Virus record (IMG/VR): IMGVR_UViG_3300029305_003246 | Span: 1-64,000 of that record | Origin: a virus | Taxonomy: Duplodnaviria > Caudoviricetes | DNA: 64,000 nt | Reading direction: 5' to 3' (one strand) | Shown: piece after piece, positions 30,810-40,984 of the stretch | How the letters are laid out: each line of letters opens with the position of its first letter | Numbering within the stretch: the first letter of the stretch is position 1 | Translations under genes and position numbers: made by a program | The notes under the pieces: model-generated | What the model was told of the DNA's origin: nothing | Seen by the model: the letters and a program-made list of their open reading frames with translations, nothing else | Databases searched by the model: none

Positions 30810-31508
30810 ATGAGTGTTAGTCCATTAGAGTTGTATCAAATAGCAAGCAAAATCGACGCAGATAAGGTTCATTTAAATAAATATACTTATTTAGGTAATA
30901 AGTTCAATTTCCCACATTATAGGATACTTAGCTTAAGAGATGTAATGTTAAATAATATGCATACGAGACTTCCGAAGCATATCTTAAACTTTATAAGCGA
31001 GCAGGGTGAAGTTCTACTTATAGCGAATATTATAGCAGGTTATATACCTTTAATACAATTAAGAAGTATACATGGAGATAAGCAGTTTATGGCTATAGGA
31101 AGTCAATCCAAATTATTCTACGGTCTAGGTTATTTAGATAATAATTTCAAATATGGCGATTGGGTGGTTATAGTTGAAGGTCTAGCAGATGCCGATATAG
31201 GTCGAGGTTTATATCCTAACTTTTTAGCAACTATGACCTCAAAGATAACTCATTCTCAATTCGAAGTTCTTAAGTTATTAACTAATAGAGTTATACTTAT
31301 AGGCGATAATGATAAGCCAGGCCGAATAGGTACTAAAAATAATCGTAAGAAGTTACAAGAAGCAGGGTTCGATGTTCGCCTAATATTCCAATATGGGGAT
31401 TTGAAAGATATAGGCGAATTAGGTGATTTACTTCTTAATAATGATGGTTACACCTTTAATACAGCAGTCAAATACTATAAATCTAAAATAGAAAACATTA
31501 TAAAATAA
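30810..31508 (+). CDS. DNA primase TOPRIM/catalytic domain protein lacking the zinc finger
   Basis: LFYGL, VIVEGLADAD, LIGDNDKPG, KDIGE. Confidence 0.8.
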   Translation: MSVSPLELYQIASKIDADKVHLNKYTYLGNKFNFPHYRILSLRDVMLNNMHTRLPKHILNFISEQGEVLLIANIIAGYIPLIQLRSIHGDKQFMAIGSQSKLFYGLGYLDNNFKYGDWVVIVEGLADADIGRGLYPNFLATMTSKITHSQFEVLKLLTNRVILIGDNDKPGRIGTKNNRKKLQEAGFDVRLIFQYGDLKDIGELGDLLLNNDGYTFNTAVKYYKSKIENIIK

Positions 31509-31584
31509 ATTAAAAGACGAGTTCAAGACGAGCTCGTCTTTTCGTTTTATAAGATACAAAATAAAACTTAGGAGGTAAAGCCTT

Positions 31585-31755
31585 ATGAATAAATATACTT
31601 TAATAGTTACTAAAAAAGATGGAAGTAAATTCGATATACAATATGATAATTTAGATGCATTAAAAGATGTTGCGAAAAGATATAATAAAAAAGGTCACGA
31701 TGTACAAATAGTACAACACGTCATAGTTTATGAGGTGACTCAATATGAAAAATAA
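31585..31755 (+). CDS. small hypothetical protein (not in ORF track)
   Basis: AGGAGG RBS, ATG, 56 codons, downstream of the cassette at 31521-31546. Confidence 0.5.
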   Translation: MNKYTLIVTKKDGSKFDIQYDNLDALKDVAKRYNKKGHDVQIVQHVIVYEVTQYEK

Positions 31756-32395
31756 AAATTTAAGAAATAAAGCGATAGGAGGTGCAGTAGTCGTATCTAT
31801 GGCGACTACTTCCTCTATCTATACAGTTAATAAAATAAATAATCTAAAGGAAGAAAATAGTAGATTACAAAGTCAAATAGATGTTAATGAAAAGAAAGCA
31901 AAAGCCGAAGTTATTGATACTACATTTGAAGATTTAAAAGAAATAAATGAAAAGAATACAAAATTAATAGTATACGAAGCCGAGTCAAAAGGTTATAGCA
32001 AGACGATAAAAAATGATGCATTAATAGATATGCAGGCCACATTAAATACTTCATATTCCTATATGGCGACTATAGATTTGAGCACTTCTAAAATAGTACA
32101 TGCCAAAGGACAATATATGGTCATAGTTGATTTATCTACTATAAAACTAGATACAATCTCTATAGGACCGATGGATATTAAGTACGACTTAAATTGGCTT
32201 AATAGATGGAAAGGCAAAACTCAATCCGAACTTACAGGCACTATAATTACTCTAGCAACCGAAGATATTGAGGCTCATGTTAATGATGATTTTAATACTA
32301 ACTTAAGCCTAATAAAATCTAGAGTTAAATCCAAAATTTATTCTATATATGCAGGCATCCCAGTAGAGGTTATCTTTACAGGAGAAAATAATTAA
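31745..32395 (+). CDS. membrane-anchored protein (DUF4230-like)
   Basis: N-terminal TM, coiled coil, beta-rich domain with ATIDLS. Confidence 0.45.
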   Translation: MKNKNLRNKAIGGAVVVSMATTSSIYTVNKINNLKEENSRLQSQIDVNEKKAKAEVIDTTFEDLKEINEKNTKLIVYEAESKGYSKTIKNDALIDMQATLNTSYSYMATIDLSTSKIVHAKGQYMVIVDLSTIKLDTISIGPMDIKYDLNWLNRWKGKTQSELTGTIITLATEDIEAHVNDDFNTNLSLIKSRVKSKIYSIYAGIPVEVIFTGENN

Positions 32396-32415
32396 AATAC
32401 AAGGAGGCAAGCCCT

Positions 32416-33204
32416 ATGAAAAATATAAAAAATACAGTTGTTATATCTACGATAATGAGTACACTTCTTACATCTCCAGTTCATGCAGATGATTTTATTC
32501 GTATTAATGTTGATAATAGTCCAAAAAACGTTCAGGAAGCTCCACAAGACGAAGCAGTTAATGTCTTAAATACTTCTAATAATGAACTAGATATAGTCCT
32601 TAGAGTAGGCGAGTTTCCTAATAAATTAGGTAAGAGATTAATCTTACCTAATAAAGCCGAAGGTTACAATGATTTACCTATTCAGTATGATGCAGTTAAT
32701 GATAATTACTTCATATCTGAATATTACTTTAACTTAAAAATAGCAAAGAAACTTCGTTGGGTACTAGAGCAAAATGGTGTTAATGCTATACTTCAAGATA
32801 CTACTTGCAAAGCCGAAGACTTAAATGCAGCAGGACGTATTGCTAAAGCTAAAAACCCACCGATATATTTGTCAGTTCATACTAATGCATTTAAGGAAGA
32901 TTCAAGTGGGTACTTCTTTATGACTAACGGTGATGCAGGCTCTAAAGGTATCGCAGATAGATTAAGTTATTCTATACAAGACAATAACTTAATACCTAAA
33001 ATGTCAAATAGAATAAATGATGGTTATATAGGTGAAATGAATGTTAAGCCAGGTGAATTTAATATCTTAGGTGAATTCGGATTCTTTAGTAATCCAGAGG
33101 AAGCGAAAAAATTAGCCAGTGAAGATTATTGCAACTATGTAGCACGTAAGATGGGTGATGAGTTGAAATTAATATTAGAAGAACTTGGTTATTTAGAAAA
33201 ATAA
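32416..33204 (+). CDS. secreted N-acetylmuramoyl-L-alanine amidase (Amidase_3-like)
   Basis: signal peptide (..PVHA), SEYYFNLKIA, LSVHTNA, ILGEFGFFSN. Confidence 0.8.
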   Translation: MKNIKNTVVISTIMSTLLTSPVHADDFIRINVDNSPKNVQEAPQDEAVNVLNTSNNELDIVLRVGEFPNKLGKRLILPNKAEGYNDLPIQYDAVNDNYFISEYYFNLKIAKKLRWVLEQNGVNAILQDTTCKAEDLNAAGRIAKAKNPPIYLSVHTNAFKEDSSGYFFMTNGDAGSKGIADRLSYSIQDNNLIPKMSNRINDGYIGEMNVKPGEFNILGEFGFFSNPEEAKKLASEDYCNYVARKMGDELKLILEELGYLEK

Positions 33205-33263
33205 GAGTTCACGAGAACGAATTACATCGTTCTCTACATCATAAAATAAAAGGGGTGAAGCCT

Positions 33264-34910
33264 ATGAAATGGAAATATTATTGGTGGAAGTTTAGACAAG
33301 AGTTTTTGGGTGGTTGGGAAGTAATTAAAGAGCTTTGGAGTGAAATAGATATAATCGAAGATGTCAAAGCTACTTATAATAGACTAAAAGAGGATGACGA
33401 ATATGAAGCTTTACAAAACCGTTATCGTAAGAAAGAGATACTACACAAGGGCGATATAATAACTTTTAGAAATCCTCATTGCTATGGCAATGAAATTGTA
33501 GCAAAAGTAGTAAATGTCTATAAGAGTTTTTGTTACGATAAAATGGTAGTTGATATAATAGTTCTATCTTCAGCTCTACATGAAAAAGACACTTTATTAG
33601 CATTTCCTCAAGATGATATAATGAATAATATTATCCAAATGGGAGGTACTTTTTAATGAATAGTGATTTAGAGTATTTTAATAAAATAGAAGAGATGTTT
33701 AATGATAGCAAATTCTGTGATGAAGAAATTGATATTCTATTCCATTACATGTCTTGTCATATTAATAATAGTGTTTATGAATGCATATTCTTAGATGAAT
33801 ATGAAAATATAAGGGGCACTAGAAAGCATAAAGATATTCTAAAAGCAATTAATGATATGTATAATGAATATAAAAATTTATAGGAGGTAACCTTATGAAA
33901 ACTAAAAAAGAGTATTATGAATTTGCCGATACTGAAGCAAGAGAAATAGCTTTAGCAATGCGACCTTGTTTTGCATCTTATAGTCCTACTTCTTACGTTA
34001 AAAGATTCGCCGATAAAAGATATGAAACTTGGGTCTTAACTCTAAAAGATAAAGATATAGTAATACCTTCTGATATACAAGATAAAGTCCATAGAGTATT
34101 TGTCTCAACGTTTACTAATGTAATAAAAGATTATATAGAATCGTTACCTAAGACGACTAATCCTTATGTTTTAAAAGTCTTAAATAAAAAGGAGGGCAAA
34201 TAATATGGTAATACTTAATAGAGATGCATATTGTGATTATTGTGGAGCTTATCTTCCAGATAAAGATGATTTTGTAGAATTTAGACGATATTGTTATTGT
34301 GATATAGATTGTTGGGAAAAATACTTAGTGAAAAACTCCATCCGTTATCCTTACGGGGTACTATTCGGTGATGAAATGTATAACTCATTTGACCACCTAT
34401 ATATAGAATGTTACGATGAAACAATTCAGAGATGATAATTTACATCTCTGAATTTTATGTGTATAAGAAAAATAAAAAGCTAAAATAATAAAGACGTAAA
34501 TATTAGAGGAGGATGATATGCATATGTCAATTAATCCAAGTTTAATAGTGTATATAGATATTATGAATAATACTGAATTACATTTAGAGGTTCTATCGTA
34601 TGATGACGAATATGTTCACGCATTAGAAGTAGGCAATCCATTTGAATATTCCTTTAATGAATATGGCGATATGGATTTATTACAAAAGTTTACTAAAGAC
34701 GAAGAGTATAGCGAAGGTGAGTTCTTCCTATACGACGAAGAGTTATACATTGTAGACGATTACTCTTATCACTCAGGGAGTATATTTGCTAGAAAAGTTC
34801 ATAATGCAGTTTCTATTCCTTTAACGGATGTTGAAATCATCGAAGAATTTGATGATTTCTGTGATTACTATATATCACAAGACAAACTTATTTACAATAA
34901 GGAGGTATAG
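33264..34910 (+). other. cluster of five small hypothetical CDS (33264-33656, 33656-33883, 33895-34203, 34205-34435 Cys-rich, 34518-34910)
   Basis: consecutive + strand ORFs with RBSs. Confidence 0.55.
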
Positions 34911-34911
34911 A

Positions 34912-35718
34912 ATGGATAATAATGAATTTTTATTCGAGGGTATGGTTGAACGTATGAATACCGTATCTATTTATAATAAATCACCCTACATCTTATGGGA
35001 ACAGCACGCTACGGAAAGAATATTTAAGCATAGGGATTTCATAAGTATCGCTCAAATACATTCTCTTAATCCTTCTATTATAGAAGAAGATTTAGTAAGA
35101 GAATTAAAGACTAATTATGTAGATATCGAAGTCGAGTGGATGATGGCCAATCCAAAAGTGACGAACACGAAAGTCATGCCACGCTTTCAAGAGGTCAAGT
35201 GGGTCATTCGTAAACCCTATAAATTAACCTACTTCGATAACAGGACTAATAAAAAAGAGACCGTTATGATAGAAGCTACTATGCAAGGCTCATACAATAC
35301 TTTATTTAGTATGAAACATAGAGATGCAGTGAAAAACATATGGTATAACACCGAAGGCGACGCCAATATGAAGTTCGACGCCATTAATAGGTTTTTAGCA
35401 TCCAAGTCCCCTACATTCAAGTCAGATATTCTCCAAGGTAGATTAGGATTTAATAAGCCTTACCTATTTATAGAAACATTTGTCCTAGCACTTATACATC
35501 CGACGAAGTTTCCTATTACATTCTCAGGTGCATCGAAGGACGGCAAGAATGTAAAATGGACGTACTATAACACGACGCCTAAACATATAGATGTTACCTT
35601 CTATCAATATATGACTATGTATAAAAAGGCACGAGGTTTAGTTAAAATGAAAGGCTTAATAGACCTAGTTCCAGCGAAAGAAATCAAACAGTTAATAGAC
35701 GCTAACAAGGAGGAATAA
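34912..35718 (+). CDS. hypothetical protein
   Basis: AAGGAGGT RBS places the start at 34912. Confidence 0.6.
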   Translation: MDNNEFLFEGMVERMNTVSIYNKSPYILWEQHATERIFKHRDFISIAQIHSLNPSIIEEDLVRELKTNYVDIEVEWMMANPKVTNTKVMPRFQEVKWVIRKPYKLTYFDNRTNKKETVMIEATMQGSYNTLFSMKHRDAVKNIWYNTEGDANMKFDAINRFLASKSPTFKSDILQGRLGFNKPYLFIETFVLALIHPTKFPITFSGASKDGKNVKWTYYNTTPKHIDVTFYQYMTMYKKARGLVKMKGLIDLVPAKEIKQLIDANKEE

Positions 35719-35719
35719 T

Positions 35720-36673
35720 ATGAAGTTAGATTTTAATGAAGGTTATAAACTAAAGGGGGTTAATCAAGATTTTTATGAAGAGTGGGGTCTTAAAGATTCC
35801 CACTCTTTGATGTTCATCTCCGATGCTAAAATAAAAAACACGAGCCAAGTTATGTATCTTACAGTCAACTTGGCCAACCACGAAGTTCTCCTAATCTATA
35901 AATATGTTAAGCTAATGAAAGTGCAATTTGTGAGACTTCTCCACACTCCTATAACGAAGCCACGTAACCTTAGTCTAGAAAATAAAATATTAAAAAGTTT
36001 ATCGAAGCATCCTCAAGTACAGGAGATAGTAACTTCCGAAGAAGATTATCTACAGCATAAAATAACCATTCCTACTACTCCAGACATCTATGCCGATGAC
36101 TTTTATGATACTTTAGATGAAGAATTAGTACAAAAGGTTAATAAAGGTAAAAGACGAAGTAAAATTAAATATACTAAGTATAAGGATAGAATCAACTTCC
36201 GTAAGGCTAATCAAGACGATTATTTAGATATTATTAACCTTATGCAAACTTGGATGAAGAATAAGGCCGACCGTAATGACCTATTTAATAAGAAAACATT
36301 CTCTACAGTAGAAAAGAAATTCCCTATGCTATTACAAGACCCATTCTCGATATATGTTACTACTTTCGACGATGAAATAATAGCATTTGAAGTATTCGCT
36401 AGGGAAGGAGATAAGGTAGTTCAGTTAGTTAATCAAGCTCATCCTTCGCCAGAGTGCCTACAGTGGGGCGAAGATTTAAACAAAGAAATATATGCTTATG
36501 CTCTAAAATGGCATCACCTTCTAACAATTAATGAGTTTACAAAAGATCCTTCTATACGTTTAATACATTATGAATATGCTAGTAATTTAAAAGGAGGCTT
36601 ATGGAACTTTAAAAATATGATGTATTCTAGCAAAGTTCATTTAATAAGAATGAAATTTAGGAAGGAGCGATAA
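35720..36673 (+). CDS. GNAT/DUF2156-like (aminoacyl-tRNA-dependent transferase fold) protein A
   Basis: FRKANQDD..IINLMQTW, IIAFEV, GGLWNFK; paralogous to the next ORF. Confidence 0.5.
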   Translation: MKLDFNEGYKLKGVNQDFYEEWGLKDSHSLMFISDAKIKNTSQVMYLTVNLANHEVLLIYKYVKLMKVQFVRLLHTPITKPRNLSLENKILKSLSKHPQVQEIVTSEEDYLQHKITIPTTPDIYADDFYDTLDEELVQKVNKGKRRSKIKYTKYKDRINFRKANQDDYLDIINLMQTWMKNKADRNDLFNKKTFSTVEKKFPMLLQDPFSIYVTTFDDEIIAFEVFAREGDKVVQLVNQAHPSPECLQWGEDLNKEIYAYALKWHHLLTINEFTKDPSIRLIHYEYASNLKGGLWNFKNMMYSSKVHLIRMKFRKER

Positions 36674-36674
36674 T

Positions 36675-37577
36675 ATGTTAAGTGATGCCCAAGCTTTAAG
36701 ATTTATGAGTAGAGAAGAGTTCAATACCTTCCCTACTTCATCGGTATTTGGAATGTCCACACCAGGTTATGCGATAGCGATTAACTCACCTTCTTTAAAA
36801 TATAAGATATTTAAAGTTAAAGATGATGAAGTACTTGTAATATTTAAGCAGGTTAATATGTTTCAAACTCATTATAAGAGGTTATTAGGTTTCCCAATCT
36901 CTAAGAAAGGCGACGTTAAATTAGAAAAGGCTCTATTTAAGAAGTTATGCACCCTTGATGATGTTACGGAAATGCAACTTCTAGAATCTGACGCTATTAT
37001 ACATGGTTTAGATACTTCTAAACTTGAATATGAAAATGTAGAATTTTTCGTTAATCCGAAGGAGCTTTCGCCTACTATGAATGGAAAGTATCGCCAAAGA
37101 TATCAAATATCTAAGTTTATAGATGATTTGGTATATAGGGACGCGACGTCAGATGATTTTGAGGCCATAATATCTCTACTTAATAGATGGATGTTATTCA
37201 AAGACGATTCCGAAGGTGTCCATTCTAAACCTATCTATAAAAATGTGATTAAGAACCCTAATAAGTATCTATTAGGCGACTACACTACAAAAGTTCTCTA
37301 CTATAAAGACGAGTTATTCGCTTTCAGTGTCAATTATGTAACCGATTCTAAGGTTTATCAAATCACGAATATAGTAGATACCTTCTCCGATACTTTCCCA
37401 AAACATCTAGTAAAAGGTGGAAATCGTATACCTTTTTACTATTTAGTTAAGTCATTTGAGGATTATGAATATATTTCCTTTATGGGTAGTATTAATCCGA
37501 AGTCAAACGTTTTTAAGAATAAGGAATTAGTATACAAGACTTATGAAAAGTTCTATAGAATAAAATTAAAGAAATAG
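36675..37577 (+). CDS. GNAT/DUF2156-like protein B
   Basis: YRDATSDD..IISLLNRW, LFAFSV, YISFMG; paralogous to the previous ORF. Confidence 0.5.
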   Translation: MLSDAQALRFMSREEFNTFPTSSVFGMSTPGYAIAINSPSLKYKIFKVKDDEVLVIFKQVNMFQTHYKRLLGFPISKKGDVKLEKALFKKLCTLDDVTEMQLLESDAIIHGLDTSKLEYENVEFFVNPKELSPTMNGKYRQRYQISKFIDDLVYRDATSDDFEAIISLLNRWMLFKDDSEGVHSKPIYKNVIKNPNKYLLGDYTTKVLYYKDELFAFSVNYVTDSKVYQITNIVDTFSDTFPKHLVKGGNRIPFYYLVKSFEDYEYISFMGSINPKSNVFKNKELVYKTYEKFYRIKLKK

Positions 37578-37589
37578 GAGGAATAAAAT

Positions 37590-38801
37590 ATGTATGGAAT
37601 AAATAGTGAGAATAAAGGTATTATAAACGGTACTGAATGGATGTACCAGTGTCCAGAGTATGTCGAATGGACGCGAGGCTATAATGATTATGAGCATATA
37701 TTCGCCAAATATAGAGGTATACACGAGGAGTTTCCTAACTATTCAGAACAAAGGAAGAAAGATATAGTAGAAGAATTATTTGAAATATATCGTTCTGTCA
37801 ATATATTCCCTATAGCATATTACAGTCAATATGGGGTTGAGAAGGCTATTCAGCAGTTATATAATAATCAGGTTTATTATGACGGGAAAGTCCTTCAAAA
37901 TAAGAGCAACGTTGGATTAAAGCTATGCAAATGGACGCACCCTATTCAACATCAGATAACTAGAAATGATAAAGACCCTAATATGATAGATAAGTTCTAT
38001 AATGATGAAATTTTAAAGAAAGCAATTAAAGGTTCTATAACTACAAATAAAAGTGCCGACCCAGCTCATATATTAAATTTCTTAACATTAATAGGGTCTA
38101 CAGCCACTAACTTTAAGCCATTATCAGCTCAAGCTATGGTAGAAAGATACACGCCTTTTAATGGAGTAGTATTCGATTCATCTCAAGGTATAGGTGGTAG
38201 AATACTTGGAACTTTAACTTCTCAAAAGAATTTAACATACATTGGTTCTGACCCATGGAAGGAAACAAATATATGTAATGCGAAGCTTGGTCAATATTGT
38301 GAGGATGTTTTGGGTAGAAGTAACTCATACAAATTATTCTGTATAGGTTCTGAAAAGATGCGATTATCTAATGAAAATATAGCAGACTTCTCATTCACTT
38401 CCCCACCTTATTTTGATTTAGAGCATTATTCTGATGACGCTACTCAATGTTATAATGCCTATCCAGAGATAACGAAGTGGTTCAAGGCATTTTGTGGAAT
38501 GACTATTAAAAATACTTTTAATATATTAAAACCAGGTGCATTTTACTGTGTAAATATCGCCGATTTTAACTATGGAGGCAAAGTTGTAAACTATGTTAAT
38601 ACATGGAAAAGATTAGCAGAACAAGTAGGATTTGAATATATCCATACGGGTAGAATGCTACTTACTTCTAGAATAGGTGCAGGAGTTTCCAACTCTAAAA
38701 GGGATGTTGAAACTACGAAATCTGAACCTATTTTAACATTTAGAAAGCCGTTGGATATGAATAACTTCGGTAATAATGTGAAAATAGATGTAGATTTTTA
38801 G
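37590..38801 (+). CDS. N4-cytosine/N6-adenine amino-methyltransferase
   Basis: VFDSSQGIGGR (motif I), FTSPPYF (motif IV), LKPGA. Confidence 0.85.
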   Translation: MYGINSENKGIINGTEWMYQCPEYVEWTRGYNDYEHIFAKYRGIHEEFPNYSEQRKKDIVEELFEIYRSVNIFPIAYYSQYGVEKAIQQLYNNQVYYDGKVLQNKSNVGLKLCKWTHPIQHQITRNDKDPNMIDKFYNDEILKKAIKGSITTNKSADPAHILNFLTLIGSTATNFKPLSAQAMVERYTPFNGVVFDSSQGIGGRILGTLTSQKNLTYIGSDPWKETNICNAKLGQYCEDVLGRSNSYKLFCIGSEKMRLSNENIADFSFTSPPYFDLEHYSDDATQCYNAYPEITKWFKAFCGMTIKNTFNILKPGAFYCVNIADFNYGGKVVNYVNTWKRLAEQVGFEYIHTGRMLLTSRIGAGVSNSKRDVETTKSEPILTFRKPLDMNNFGNNVKIDVDF

Positions 38802-38829
38802 AATTATTTCCTTTATAAATTCTATATAG

Positions 38830-39008
38830 ATGTGAGCGACGCGAAATCGCTCACCCATATTTTATGGTTTCCTCCATTCGGAAGTTTTGAGCGGTGAAAC
38901 TTCCAATTCTCTACATTTTTTATTATTCTCATATTTCATATATATTTTTCATATTCATTCCTCCCTTAATATTATTTTTTAAGAACCTCAAATTTGGGGT
39001 TCTTTTTT
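38830..39008 (+). ncRNA. candidate small RNA with two hairpins, CCUCC tracts and terminator
   Basis: GTGAGCGA/TCGCTCAC, GGAAGTTT/AAACTTCC, TTTCCTCC, ATTCCTCCC; terminator 38981-39008. Confidence 0.35.
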
Positions 39009-39056
39009 ATTCTTTAAATCGTATAATATATTATAAAATACTTTGGAGGTATTAAT

Positions 39057-39245
39057 ATGAATAAAATAATAAATGAAGCAAAGTTATCTATGAAATTAAA
39101 AGAAGTTGAATTAAATATTAAGTTGTTAAATTTAGTATGCCAAGATGATAGTCTTAATGATATTTTATTAGAGGATATTAGTTATGATTTAGATGTTCTA
39201 CTAGATAAAATTGAAAGTTATAAAAATAAATGCAAAAGAGGATAG
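39057..39245 (+). CDS. small hypothetical protein
   Basis: GGAGG RBS; IINE motif near the N-terminus. Confidence 0.55.
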   Translation: MNKIINEAKLSMKLKEVELNIKLLNLVCQDDSLNDILLEDISYDLDVLLDKIESYKNKCKRG

Positions 39246-39286
39246 TTCACTATCCTCTTTTTAATCGTTTAATATAGTAAAGGAGA

Positions 39287-40336
39287 GTGATGTATAGCAT
39301 GTTAAGTCAAGAAGCTAGACCTCAGACATTTAGGGAGGTAGCAGGTCAGAAATTAGCTAAAGAATTATTAATTTCTATTGTTAGAAAACCGAATGAATCT
39401 CCACGAAGCTTACTCCTAACAGGTGAATATGGTACAGGGAAAACTACTACTTCAAGAATATTCGCTAGGGGATTAAATTGCCCTAATAAAAAGGATTATG
39501 AACCTTGTAATAAATCGGATTGTCCTATATGTGGGCAAGATATAAATAGTGCGAGTTTTTATCAAGAATACGATGCGACTATAATAGGTAATGTGGAAAC
39601 AATAAGGGAGTTGAGGGATACCTTCTATTATAATATTAAAGGGCAGTATAAGGTTATAGTATTTGACGAATGTCATAGTGCATCGAAATCTGCTCAAACA
39701 GCTCTTTTAAAGGTTATTGAGGAGGCACCTCAAGGTATATTCTTCTTATTCCCTACTACTCATGCACATCAATTATTGCCTACTATAGTGAGTAGATGTC
39801 TTGAAGTTCCTTATAATTTAATACCATCTGATGCCATTATTCCTAACTTATTTCAAGTGGCTTTAAAATATAATTTAGGTCTAGATAAGAATAATGAAGA
39901 TGACGTTCGCCTAATGACTACTATAGCACATAAATCAGGAGGCCATATGCGAAATGCTCATATGCTTTTAGATAGTCTTCAGTTATTAGGCAAGGATATA
40001 TTTCTAGAGACTGTTACTTCTATTAGACCAGCTATATGCAAATACTTCTTATCTATACTTAAAAAAGATAAGGACTTATTATTTAACTCGATATCTGAAA
40101 TGTTGACGCATCCTTTAGCCGATGTTGTATCTGAATTTGATGAAGTTATTCTAAATGTTATGAAGTCTTTAATAGATAAGAATGAAACACCCGAAGGAAA
40201 ACTTGCCAAAGCCTATGGTATAAACTTTATAAAAATAATGAAAGTTACTCAAGAAAGTTGGTTTAGAAATTCGTTAAGTAACGATATTTCCTTCCAATGT
40301 GCATTACTTAGTATCTATCAAATGTTGAATAAATAG
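39287..40336 (+). CDS. dnaX: clamp loader ATPase, DNA polymerase III gamma/tau-like
   Basis: RPQTFREVAGQ, GEYGTGKTT, zinc-binding Cys cluster, VFDECH, ALLKVIEE, TIVSRC, SGGHMRNA. Confidence 0.92.
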   Translation: MMYSMLSQEARPQTFREVAGQKLAKELLISIVRKPNESPRSLLLTGEYGTGKTTTSRIFARGLNCPNKKDYEPCNKSDCPICGQDINSASFYQEYDATIIGNVETIRELRDTFYYNIKGQYKVIVFDECHSASKSAQTALLKVIEEAPQGIFFLFPTTHAHQLLPTIVSRCLEVPYNLIPSDAIIPNLFQVALKYNLGLDKNNEDDVRLMTTIAHKSGGHMRNAHMLLDSLQLLGKDIFLETVTSIRPAICKYFLSILKKDKDLLFNSISEMLTHPLADVVSEFDEVILNVMKSLIDKNETPEGKLAKAYGINFIKIMKVTQESWFRNSLSNDISFQCALLSIYQMLNK

Positions 40337-40347
40337 GGAGTGATTGA

Positions 40348-40974
40348 ATGGTAGTTCATGAGGATGAATATAAAGTTAATAAGAAATTAAAAAGATTTCC
40401 TAAGATACACGAGTTACTAAAGTATGATGAGGCAACTAACACGTATGAAGTTATATGGAACGATAGAAATATCCAGGCCATTACTAACATTGTCAAAACA
40501 GTTGTAAATAAACATTTTATGAACCCAGAGATGTATGAGGAGTACATCTCTCATGCATTAACTAAAGTTGTAGATGTTTTAATTTCAGGTGAATTTAATT
40601 ATAGAGATTATGGCACGACGGCAGGCTTAAAAAATTTCCTCTATACTTGTGCAAGAAATTCTCTAACTGATTATACTTACCATTTTAAAAATTCTAAAAA
40701 GGAAGTATTTTATGACTCAATTCCCGAGTCTATCGAACGTGACTCCTTCTTACCATCGCTTTCAGAACACGATATAGACAAGTATCTAAAGTTTTACTTT
40801 AATAAGTTTTATCTAGTGCCACAGACGTTCGATAAGTCCGAATTTGTATTCCTTGTAAAAGCAATGGGATATGAAGTCGATGCTCCATTCTCTAAACCTA
40901 AAGAAGAAAATATTTATGCTCTAGAAAAGTGCTTGAGTTTATTTTCTAAATATTATTTTAATAGAATGTTATAA
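40348..40974 (+). CDS. possible divergent sigma factor (region 2-like)
   Basis: EEYISHALTKVV...KNFLYTCARNSLTDY resembles sigma region 2. Confidence 0.45.
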   Translation: MVVHEDEYKVNKKLKRFPKIHELLKYDEATNTYEVIWNDRNIQAITNIVKTVVNKHFMNPEMYEEYISHALTKVVDVLISGEFNYRDYGTTAGLKNFLYTCARNSLTDYTYHFKNSKKEVFYDSIPESIERDSFLPSLSEHDIDKYLKFYFNKFYLVPQTFDKSEFVFLVKAMGYEVDAPFSKPKEENIYALEKCLSLFSKYYFNRML

Positions 40975-40984
40975 GGAGGATACA

